Positions 24,401-36,400 of a DNA stretch of 64,000 bases are shown here, piece after piece; position 1 is the stretch's first letter; the number at the start of each line of letters is the position of its first letter. This DNA comes from Rhizaria sp. SCN 62-66 (taxonomy: Eukaryota). Both the position numbers and the translations under genes were made by a program. The notes beneath the pieces were generated by a model. It was not told the origin of the DNA, did not search any database, and saw only the letters and a list, made by a program, of their open reading frames with translations. The DNA lies in NCBI GenBank assembly GCA_001724265.1, contig MEDY01000055.1:62001-126000 (forward strand), read 5' to 3'.

Positions 24401-27400
24401 CTCGCTGTACGCGTCGCACGAGCCGCTGCCGTATAACACCGCGACGACGACGGCCGGGAGCCGCGGCGGCGCGCCGTCGAGCGAGTCCAGTCGCGCGCTG
24501 CCGTTCCTGCCGCCGCCGACGGTCGCGAGCAATACGCCTCTCATCGGCGCCGCCTCCACCACGAACTCCGTAGTATCCTCCGTCGCGCACACGCCCTTTA
24601 CTTCCCCGCACTCGAACGCGAACTCGCAGACGAACCCGCCGAAGCACCACTCTCCCTTCGCGCTGCAGCAGTCGCGGCAGAAAGCGGCGGGTGAAAACTC
24701 GGATCCTGCGGCGATGGCCGCCGCGGCGAGCATGGGCGCCCGCGCGTCTGCGCACGCCACTCCTGCGCACGGTTCCACGGGCCTCCGCCGCTCGCACAGC
24801 CACAGCTCCAGCCACCACAGCAGCCACGGCGGCCGCCGCAGTGCGCGCTCGGCCGTGCCCACGCCACGCGGCCACCGCTCGAGCCGTGCTGGCGTCGTCG
24901 GCGAGGGCGAGAGCAAGGGCGAGGGCGAGGGCGACGATGACGGTGACGGTTCGGCCTCGGTGGCATCGGTCGTATCGCATTACTCGCACATCAGCGACGT
25001 GGCCGAGGCCGTGCACGGCGGCGCGCGCTGGGACCGACACGACTGGGACTCGCCAGTATGCTGCGGCGACGGGTTTAACCGCAGTCGCTGCTTTTTGCGC
25101 ACGCGCCAGCGCATCCACCACCTCGTCATTAGCGACTGGTTCGGCTTCAGCAACGCAATCATTGTGCTTGCTGACTTTATCCTGTGTGCCGTCGAGGGCC
25201 CCTCGCACCGTCCACCCGCGATTGCCGACCTGTTCATGCGCAGTTCATACGAGAACAAGCACGGCTGGGGCGCCGGCAGCTACTTCTTCAGCTCCATGGA
25301 GTTCGCACTCACCGCGCTCTTCTGCTTCAAGACAATCATCTTCTTTGTTCACTACGGCAACCGGCGATTTGTGCGGTCCGCATGGTGCATGCTCGACGTC
25401 ATCATCACCGTGATCACCATTGCTGCCATGATTCCCTTCTCACCAGAGATCAACTTGGGGCTGTCTCTCGCGCGACCAGTCCGTCTCGCGACGCTGCTTG
25501 TCATTAACGCGCGCATGCGCGTCATCGTGAACACGCTGATCCGCTCGCTGCCGGCCATCGCGCCGCTGGCGCTGATCTTCTTCCTGCTCACGGTCGCGCT
25601 GGGCGTCTTCGGCGTTCACCTGTGGTCTGGCCAGCTTTACAAGTGCAACGACAGCACCGTGGGGACGCAGGCCGAGTGCGTGGGGATGTACTGGGACCCG
25701 CGGTTCTCGATCCCGCCAGAGTACCTAACTCTGCCCGGCGGGACGCCGCCTGCGACGGGCACGCGCGGCCGCCTGATGCCGCGCCGGTGGACGTCGCATC
25801 CGATGTCATTCAACAACATTGTCACCTCTGTTGTCAGCTTGCTCAAGCTTATCAACTTCGACGAGTGGGCGGCGCTGCTGCCGGCGATGATGCGCGTCAA
25901 TGGACACACGCTTCAGCCGCAGGATGAAGAAACTGAGGAGCCGCACGCGCTGCTTATGCTCTACATTGTTTTCTTCACCGTGTACTTCCTATTCTCGAAC
26001 GCTTTTGCGATCCAACTCGGCATTGCAGTCGTGTATATGAACTTTGAGCGTGTGAAAGCAGAGAATGACGGTACTAACAGGCTATCTGAGCCTCAACTCA
26101 ACTGGGTGAACACACGCCGCTCTTTGCTTGGTGTGCGCCCGCTGTCCAAATACCACATTCCGTCCTACGACGAGCGCTTCCCACCTTGGGTGCACGCTCT
26201 GCGTGTGCGTGCATACGAGGCCATCTCGACCACAGCGTTCCGCTACATTATCGCCGTCAACATTTTCCTCGCCGCCGTGGCCTCCGCGCTTGTGCTTGGT
26301 GCGGAACAGGGAGTCGAAACGGCACGCCGCGTGATCATGATGCTTGTGCTCTCGGTTTGGGTCATCGAGGCTGTAATCAAGCTCTTCGGTCTCGGCTGGA
26401 AGCAGTACTGGGGCGCAAACTGGAACCGCGTTGCGTTTTTCTTTGCTATTCTCAGTATGACGATGTTGATGCTCTCGATTCCCAGTCAGATTGATGTCGA
26501 TGGTTACACGCTCGTGGTGACGTCGCTGACGATGCTGCGTATGCTCGAGTTCTCCGCGTCGCTCATGCAGCTCGTGTACCAGCTTTACGTCTCGCTTGCC
26601 TCCATCGGTGCCGTCACGGTCGTGACGCTTGTCACGCTCGCGATCTTCGCAATGATCTTCGTCATTGTGTTCGGCTTTATCCCGACTAACGACCCCGACT
26701 TGTTCCTCACAAACACTTACGGCCGCAACGCCAACTTCGCCTCGTTCCTTGTCTCGTTCGTCGTCATGATGCGCATTGCGACTGCTGACCTGTGGGTCGA
26801 TTTGATGTACGGCACGGCGCGCGCTGTGCACTGCAGCAAGCCTGGCTCGATGGAGCTGCACACGGCGTGGATGTGGGAGACCATCGCCAACAACAACACA
26901 CCGTTGTCGCCGAACCCGTGCTCTGAGAGTGGATTTGGCATGTATTTCGCGTACATTTTCTTCCCCGTCACACTCGCCATCATGTCTTTCCTTGTCATTC
27001 CACTGTTCACGGCCATCGTGCTCCAGTCCGTGGCCGAACTCAACACCGTCACCCAGTCCGTCGTTTCACGCTCGCACTTCGACGAGTTCGTCGAGATTTG
27101 GGCTATGTTCGACTCTATGGGCGACGAGTATATCCCTCTGCACCGTCTCCCGACATTGCTCCGCGCCATCTCGCCCGGTCTGTCTTGTGGCACTGGTCTG
27201 CAGATTGCGCGCAATTACTTCAAAGACCTCAACCAAACCACCAAGTTCGCTGCCAAGCGTAAGGACGCCGCCGCCGGCGCGCGCACCGAGAAGCAGCAGC
27301 ACGCCAACACGGAACTCATCCGCGTGCTCGAGCAGCTCGACGACGAAGACGGCGGAGCGGCGGCCACTGGCAGCGCGGCTGGCGGGCGCACTCCCGCCGC

Positions 27401-30400
27401 GCCCGGGGAACGCCTCGGTGCTCGCGACACGCGCGGAGCGACCGAGGTGACCAAGGTCACGATCGGTGCACGCGGTCGCTTCAGCCGCCCGCCGCCGACG
27501 TCGCGTCTCCCCGCTGCGTCTTCCACCTTCAACGCGGAAACTAGCACCAAAAACGCGGCCAACGCGCTGTTGGAGCCCGCGGCGCCGTCCCGTGCGAACG
27601 CGCCCAGCCACTGGTTGGCGCCCAAGACCCCCGGCATGTCGACGATGGCGTCCATCTTCACCAACCCGAGAGCGCTCATCGACGCGCGCGCGCGCAAGGA
27701 CAACAACGAAGCGCGCATGCGGGCCGGTCTGGCGCCGGAGCCCTTCTCGCCTACGCCCGAATCGGAGGCGCGGCCACTTCTTAAGTCGGAGACGACTTCG
27801 TCGAACGCGACGCCGGGCCCCTCGTCGCCGCTTCCGCCTCCTCAACCGCCGCGCGTTCCCGCGCAGCCCGCCTGGGAGCCCTTCTCGGACTCGGGCGACA
27901 CGCTGCCCGGCGCTGCGTCCGGCACCAGCGGTTCACCGGTTGCGGGCGCACCCTCTGGTGGCGCACTGCTGTCTGGGCTCGTCAGCGGCTTCCCGCGCAG
28001 CAGCAGCGGTGTCGTTGACGCTGACGTCGGTGGTGCGGCTGAGAAGCTTAACGCAAGCATGATCGATCTCGATAAGATTCCTAACGTCTCGCCGTCTGAC
28101 TTCACGCGTAGACTAAACACGTCGAATGTCGAAATCAACAACGCTAACCACAGCGACAATGATAACTCCGCGAAGAAGCGCGGCTCCATGAATTTGCTCG
28201 GTGAGGAGTCCAAGGCCGAAGACGCGTCTCCCTTGGCGCGCCCGATGAACTCCGTCGCCGCGGCTAAGTCCGTGCCCAAGCTCAATGCCGAGCTCACAAC
28301 TATCACTGCCTCTGGCGCCAACGAGTCTGTGCGCATTCCCAGCGCGGTCGTTCCCGTCGCGCTCCCGCGTGCGGCCATCGCGCCGCTGCGCGTTGGCTCG
28401 GTGGGCCCCGGTGTCTCCTCGGCCGGTGGCAGTCCCACGGCCGGCAGCGGCGCAGGAAAGATCTCTGGCCCGTCGTCGCCCCTTGCGGGCGGCACACGCA
28501 CTCCGGCGCTGTCTCGTGGCGCGACGCTCGCGGCCAACGCAGGACTGGACTCAAACCGTCGTGGCGCGGCCGCGGCCCCCCGTGGCACTGCGCCCAAGGT
28601 CAAGTCCGAGTTTAAGATCCTGGATCCAACGTACAGGGCTGAGGAGATCGCCGCACTCATTGCCGCGCTCGACCTCCCCGTGCACTACCCGCCCAAGGAG
28701 ACCGCCGCGGCGCAGGCTGCGGCGGCCGCTGCGGCAGCCGCAGCGCAGGCCGCGGCGCGCATGGGCGGGCGCGGGCGGCAGAACGCTTACGCCGCGCAGG
28801 ACGAAGGCTACCACTCGCGCGCCGGTATCACGTGGATTGACTTCTTCCCGAACGCCGTCGCGCAAGCCGAACGCATGCGCCACATCGACATCGGGCACAA
28901 GTACGGCTCCGTCAGCTTCAAGGCCGTGCTGTACGCGCTCGTGCGCCGCGTCGTCGGTGAAGACGTTCCGACAGAGCTTCCTGTCGAACGCGAGTTCTTG
29001 ACAGACATGAAACGCGCAGCCGAGACCATCGGCGTGCCGTTCGTGCCGCGCTGGGAAGAGAGCATCGAGGCGCATCATGAACGGCTCAAAAACCCGCGCA
29101 GTCGCGAGCGCATGCCATACCGCCAGCTGGGCAACATCAACGCCGCGCGCGACCAAATGGAGCGCAACGGCGACTTCTACCCGCGCGATGGCCCGGTCCC
29201 ATTGCTCACCGCGGACTCGTACTCAGTACATGAGGTCTACGCTACGCTGCGCATGCAGCGCGCGTTCCTGCGGCGCAAGATCTTCCGCCAGATCCGCGAC
29301 CGCCGGCTGAACGAGAAGGCGTACGTGCGCGCCGGTCGCCAGACCGAGATTAACGAGGCCCTGTCGCACACGTGGTGGCGGCTGCGGCGCATCGAGGTCG
29401 TGCTGCAGGCCGCGCTGCCGCGCAAGTGGGTCATGCTCTCAACCTCGCGCTTGCGCATGACGCACACCATCTGCGCGCGTAAAGAAGTCGGCCCCGTTGG
29501 CACTGCGGCAGCCCGTGGCGAGACGCCGCGCGCGAGCGGCATGTCGCCGTGGCACCGCGCGGGCACTCGCTTTGCGGGTCTCACCACACCGCGCCTCGGA
29601 AGTGCTACCACGCCAAGAGTCACTGGCGTCGGCGGGAGTACGCCTGCGCTGACCACTGCAGCTGCGACGCCGGCCGCCGCGGCAACACCTGGCCTCACCA
29701 ACGCCAGCGGGTCTCAGACCACCAGCGGTGATGAGACGCGCGCCAGCACGCCCCGTCAGCAACAGCAGCAACTACAGCATGGAGACGGCGACATCAACAG
29801 CGAAAGCGCGACGCCGCGGCTGCGTGAGCTGGGGCTCCAGGTCTCGGCCGCCAACGCGACGCCCACGCCTGCAGCGAGCAACGCAGTCGGCGCCAACAAC
29901 AACAGCACTGCGGGCTTTATGTCGGCGACTATTAGTGATGACGACCAAGGCGACCCCATGGGGGGCTTCGGGCTCTCGCTGAACCTGGCGCTGCAGGGCA
30001 CGATGGCGCGCACGGGGCCCATCTCGACGCGCAGCATGCTTCCCGTCACGATCAAGGAAGAGGAGGAGACTGAGACCATGCCTGACAGCACGCCCACGGC
30101 CGCCACACTGGTCACGGCTGCCGCCTTCGCAGGCTCGCTCTCCGACGCGCGCGTCGCGGCGCTGCCTGGCATGATTGACGACGAGGAGGACGGCGCGCCC
30201 TCGGCATCGGCGTCACTCATTCAGCCTGGGTCCGCGCGCCGCATGCCCTCGGGCGCGTCGCTCGCCGCGGACGGGTCCATCAAGCTTTCGCGCACCCCCC
30301 GCCCGCCGCGCCCGCCGTCGGCGCAAGGCGCGCCCGACGCCAACGTCATCAGCCACGGATCCAGTCTCTCGGCGCTTACGCGCTCGCGCGATCAGGCTCT

Positions 30401-33400
30401 CGCCGCTGCCGCTGCCGCCTCTGCAGCCGCTTTGACGGACTCCACCGCAACGGCCAGCAAGGATGTCGCGGCGCTCGCGCTGGCCCGGTCCCGCGGCCGC
30501 CGCTCCTCTCTGCCGGTCGTCCACGACGGCCGTTATGAGCACATCCTGGCCGCATCGGAGCACGTGCACCGCACGCACGACTTCACGCAACCGCCGCCGC
30601 ACCCGCATACGCATGCGGCTGCAGCTGCTGCGGCCGCCTCGACGCAGGCGTCGCTGCAGGGCACCGCGGCGGCCGTTCGCAGCGGCCTCTCCCCCCCTGA
30701 GAAGGGCGCACTGCTGTCCGTGACCGCTTCGCCCGCCGCCAATGCTGCCGCGCGCGCGGGCCGCTCCCGCGTTGCCGGGCGTACCGCGCAGCGCCTGCTG
30801 TCGCTCTCACCCGCCGCGCGCGCCTGGGTCGGCGCCGACGCCCCGCTGCCACTGGGCACCGTCAAGCGCGCCTTCGCGTCCCCGAGCGCGTCGCCGGCGC
30901 CGGGCGCGGGCACGTGGGCCGAGTCCGCGCATCTCCACGGGCGCAGGCTCGGCAAGTCCGCTGCGAACTCGTCGAGACAAGCCGCTGGTGCGGGCACCGG
31001 CGGCGTCACCTCCGCGCGCGCAATCTCCGCCGCCGCGAGAACGGAGCGCGGCGGGTCGACGCTGGCCGTCGGCACGCTCAAGCGGGAAGAGTCGGAGCGC
31101 TCGCAGCTGCGGCGCGAGCTGGAGCTGTTGTCTTCGCGCCGCGCGAGCGGTGGCGCGGCCGGCGTCGCCGCCGCCGTAGCCGCCGCGTCCGCCGGGCTGG
31201 TCGCGGGCGAGGACGATGCTGCGGGCGCCGTCGGTCGCGACGACGACGACGACGGCGACGACGAGAACCTCACGCAGCTGCACGACCTGCAGCTGCGCTG
31301 TCTGTTCGGCACCAAGAGCTGGGCGCTGCAGATGGCGACCGCAGACCGCCAGGCGACGTTCGACGACATGCTGCTCGAGATGCGTCGCTTGCAGCGCGTG
31401 CCCGCGGGCGTCAACCTCGCGTCCCTGCGTCCGCAGAAAGTCAAGCCGCACCCCGTCACGACGCGCCGCGCAGCGGAAGTCGCCTCTGCTGCCACTGCGG
31501 GCGCGGTGACGATTGGCTCGACGACTGATGCCCCTGCAGGCAAGAAGTCAAGCCGCGTCGTCCCGATGCCCGATGGCACTGCTGCAAACGCCGGGGTCGA
31601 CTACGACGACAACGAGACGATCTTGTTCGACGACGACCAGGCGCTTATCGACGGCACTGACGACGAAGACGAAGACGAGTATGACAACTACTACTACGAC
31701 GACAAAAACCCCGCCGCACATTCACTCAGCCAGTCCGCTGTCGCGGCCCACAACGATCAGACGGGCGACGACTCGCACTCGTCCTCGTCGTCGACGTTCA
31801 ACACGCAAGCGTTCCCCCAAGGCCCGCCCGCATCGGTGCCGTACTTGCCCTCGCCGTCGCCGGGTCCTAGCTCCACGCACTCAACGTCGCGCGCGAGCTC
31901 CTTCGGCTCGCTCACCGCCGTGGGCGCGCGCCCGCCGCTGCCCAACGGGCCCCACACGGGCAGCTCGTCCGCGGTGGGTGGCGCGACCGCTGCGACGACT
32001 GGTGGCGCTGTAACGGCCGGTGCTTCCCCGCCGGTACCCGCCAAGGTCGGTCTGCTGAAGCGCATCAAGCGCGGTTTCCTCTCGCTGCTCGGCATCAGCC
32101 AGCGCGACCGGGACCGCGAGCGCCGCGCCGCCGGGGCCCGCGCCGTCGCGCCCGCTCCCGGTGCAGGCGAGGTCCAGATGACAGCGGCGGCGCAGACCGC
32201 GCCGACACTGACGCAGCAGTCCTTGTCGAGAAACCCTGCCATGCGGCGCCGGCGCCAGGCCATCGCGGTGCCCAGTAACATTCCCGCGCTGCCGTTGATG
32301 GACGTCCCGCTGTACGCCGCCACCGTGGGCGCCGCCGCTAAGGCTGCCGCGGCGAGCACCGCCATTGTGTCCGTCCCGGGCGGCGGGTCCACTGTGTCCG
32401 TGACGGGGCCCGTGGTGATCACCGGCGCGCCGCCGGGCGTGCTGGCCGCGTCCTCCGGCGTGTCCTCCGTTCACCACTTTGCGCAGCCTGCTTCACAGTC
32501 CGACACATCCGCGTCCTACGCCGCCACCAGCGCGGTCACGGCTCCAATCAACCTCCACGCGCGCCCCGCCACATCCGCCGCGGTGGCGGGCACCGCGCCC
32601 ATCGGCCCCGGTGTCAGCTCGCAACTGGGCCTGGCAGCGGCTCCGACCATCACGGCGACAGCGTCGTTGATGCAGGGCCAGAACCGGTTCTCGGTCCCAC
32701 CTGTCACCGACTCTGGGGCCGGCGCCGCGCCGCCGCTGCCGCCATCAAGCTCGACCACGGGTCCGTCCTCCGCCGCCGTCTCCGCGACCGCGGCCGCGGG
32801 CACGGGGGCGGGCGCGCCGTCGACTGATAGGCAGACCTCGAGCCGCACGAGCGCTCAGCGTCTGTCACAGCACCAGCTGCAGCAGCAGCAGCAGCAGACG
32901 TCGAGCCGGCTGTCGGGCGAGCGCAACAGACTCCTGCTGCCCGGCTCGCAGCCGGGTTCGGCGCACAGCACGCCCGCGCAGCCGCGGCGCAGCCCCGTGT
33001 TCGACTTCGGCATGCGGCAGCCGGGCGACGTGATCATCCCGTCCCCCGGCGGCGTCGCCAAGAAGTTCCCCCTGGTCCCGCCGCCAGCGCTGTTCCCCGC
33101 GCTGTCCACGGTGCTGTCGCCGACGCACATGGGCGAGGAGAGCGACAACGCCAATGGCCGCGGACTCATGCGCGTCGAGTCGCTGCCAGAGAACGTGCAG
33201 CAGCACCTTGCCGCTGGCTCTAACGACGCTCCCAACGCGGGCCCTGACCCGGCATCTGCTGCGCCTGTGCCTGTGCCAGCGTCAGACGCGGCCGCACTGG
33301 CGTCTGCAGCTGCTGAGTCGGTCGCCATCATTCCTACACCGCTGCCGTCCGCGCCCGTGTCTGCGTCTGGACAGGCCGGGGCGCGCCCGCCACCGATGGC

Positions 33401-36400
33401 GCGCCAGCCTTCGGACTCGAGCTCCCACGCCAGCTCCGCCGCCGCATCCTCCACCGCGACGTCCACGGCCGCCGCGCTGCGCCGGCCCGACGGGTGGGAG
33501 CGCCGCCGGACCGAGCGCGCGGCCCTGCTTGCGACGGCCTCGGGGCGCGACCTGTTGGGGCTCGTGCCCGCGCATGGCGACGACCCCGGCTCGCCGGAGC
33601 TCACAAGACACGTTCGCATCACGCCCATGACCGCCGCGGCGGCCGCGGCAGCCGCCGCCTCGCAAGCCAGCGCACCGCAGCAGCTGCCGGTTAGAGCCTC
33701 GCTCCCTATCTCCGTGTCTGGGGCCGGGCTGGCGGCGCCTCCCGCGAGCAGCGGTGCGCTGCCCGCCACTGCCTCCGCGGTGACGACGGCCGCGCAGACC
33801 GCGGCGGCGACTGCGGCGGCGACCGCGGCGGATGGCAGCGACTCTGTCGAGCACTACGCATACAAGCTGAACCGCCCCGAGTCGATCGCAAGCAGCGGCA
33901 CGGCCACGACGGTCGCCACTGCCTCGGTCCTGGCCCCCGCGGCTGCGTACGCCGCCGCGACGGGCGTGGCCCTTGGCGCGCTGGGCTCGCCCACGCCAGT
34001 CGGCTCCGGCACGGCGGCCGGGATTTCTGGCGGCGCGCTGACGTCGAACGAGGACGCCGCGGCTACGTTGACGAGTCCCATGGATGACAACGGTACGCCG
34101 ACCGCGCCCGTAGTGACCATGTCGCCCGACACGATGCGCCAGGCCGAGCGTCAGCAGCGCCGCCAGCGCCGCGCGCTGCTCGTCAACGCGCAGGCGCGCG
34201 CCACCGCGGCCGCCGCCGTTGCTGCGGCCGCCGCGGCCGCTGCCGCATCGACCCCAACGGGCGGCGAGGCAACGCCGGGCCTCGACCCCGCCACTGCGAA
34301 CGCGCGCGGCAGCATCAGCGCCGCGGGCGGCGGCACCGCGGGCACGGCTTCCGGCGGTTCCACGGTGCTGACCGCAGCTGCGGCGGTCCCGGCCGCGTCG
34401 TCCATCGGCCCAGTCCCGGCCAGCTCTCCTGGCTCGCGCCCCACGCCCGTAGTTACGGCCACACCGACCTACAGCGCCAACGTCGGCGCGGGCCCGCCGC
34501 CGCTGCTGGGCAGCCGCGCCAACAGCGTGTCGGCCTCGGCCGTCGCCGCCGCCACCGCCGCAGCCGCCGCCGCGGCCGGCTCCGGCGGCGCGCCGCTGCC
34601 CCCGCGCGAGACGGCCTTCTCGCTGCTGCAGTGGCAGCGCCGCAGCTCCGCCGCAGGCTCCGTCGCGGCCTCCTCGGTCGCTGGCGTGCTCGCCCACACG
34701 GCGGCGCCCGCGGCCGGGCCCAGCGGCAGCGTGGCGGGTTCGCTCTCGCTCAGCGCTGCCGCCGCTGCGGCCGCCGCAGCTGCGGGCCAGCTGAGCCCCG
34801 CGTCGACGGGCGCGACGCCGCACACGACCGGCGGCCTCAGCGCCGGCGGCGACGGCGCAGCCATCAACAGCCCGCTGTCGGCGCCCGGCGGCGGCGCGGG
34901 GTCTCCTTTCATGCGCCCGCCGCCGCTGGTCTTCGGGCTGCCCGCGTCCACCACGGCGCCCAGCGCGCTGGGTCCCGCGGGCGCCACGGCGGGTGCGCTC
35001 GCTGCGGCAGGGCCCGGCGCGTCTGCGTCGATGACTGCGGGCGGCACTCCAAGCTCACCCAGAGCCCAGGGGCCCGCGAGTGTGCCCATCGGCCCCGTCG
35101 GCGCACACGCGCAGGCGCATGCTCAGGCACAGACACAGGCGCAAACGCTGGCTTACAACGGCAACGTTGCTGTGACAGTCACTCCGCCGGTGTACGGCTT
35201 CTCGAACTTCGCCAGCGTGAACACCGGCGCTGGCGCGCTCACCGCCGGCGACTCGCCCGCGGTGGCGATCGGCGAAGCCACGCCGCAGCTCACGGCGTCG
35301 CCGATGCCCGTGCGCTCGCTGCACGCCGGCTCCGGGACTCCGGTGCCCGCCAGCGGCGCCGGCAACGGCAACCAGCTGCAGGGCCAGGGCCAGGGGCTGA
35401 GCACGCGCGTGCACTCGTCGAACGCGTCACCCGCGCTCAACGCCGCCACAGCTGCGGCCGCCGCGGCTGCGCGTCTGCAGCAGTACCGCGCTCAGCTCTC
35501 GCAGTTGGGCAACTCTGGCAGCTCGACGATCAGCTCGCCGCACAACTCGACGCACGAGACAATTCGCACCATCGTGGCCGCCGCGCAGGCCGCAGCCGCG
35601 GTTCGCGCTGCTGCCGCGGCGATGGCCAACGGCCCTGGCGCGCTCCCGCCAGGCCACGACGAGGGCGAGGAGGACGCGCACGACGACATCGTGCGCGCGG
35701 GCGTCCGCAGCGACCGCGACGCGCCCGGCGGGTCCGGCGCTGCCGGTGGCGGCGGCGGGACGGGCACTGCCGCCCACTCCCCCGCCGTCACGGCCTCCTC
35801 TTCCCGCGCCCCCGCATCATCCGCAGCCACGGCGGCGACCAACGCCGCGCTGTCCGCGCTTCACGCCGCCACGGCCGCCGCCAGCGCGTCCACGGCGTCG
35901 GCCGCGCCCTCTGTCGCGTTCGGCCGGCCCCGTACCGGCGGCTCGCGCGTGCAGTCGTCGCACTCGTCGCACCACACCGCGGCCTCGTCCTCCGCCGCGC
36001 CAGCGGCCGGCGCCGCCCCTGCGACGGGCGCGGGCGCCGGCATGTGGCTGCCTCCTGCGAACGCACCGTCCATCATCGGCGGCGGCGGCGGCGGCGGCAA
36101 CAGTCCTGGCACCGGCGCCGCGACTGTGGGACCGAGCTCCTCGTACTCGATGCGGCCGAGCCCCGCGTCGGGCCCCACGCCCGCGACGCCCGCGTTCACG
36201 GCGAACACGAGCACGAGCGCCAATACACCCGCGTTCCCGGCCGCGCCCGTGCCGCCGTCGGCCGCGTCCGTACCCGCCTTCTACAACAGCATGCCGCAGC
36301 AGATGCCGTCGCGCCTCGCGCCGCTGAACCCGTACTCGGCCATCAACACCGCCGGCTCGCCGCTGCCCGCCATCACCGTCTCGGCCGCCGCGCCGCACGT

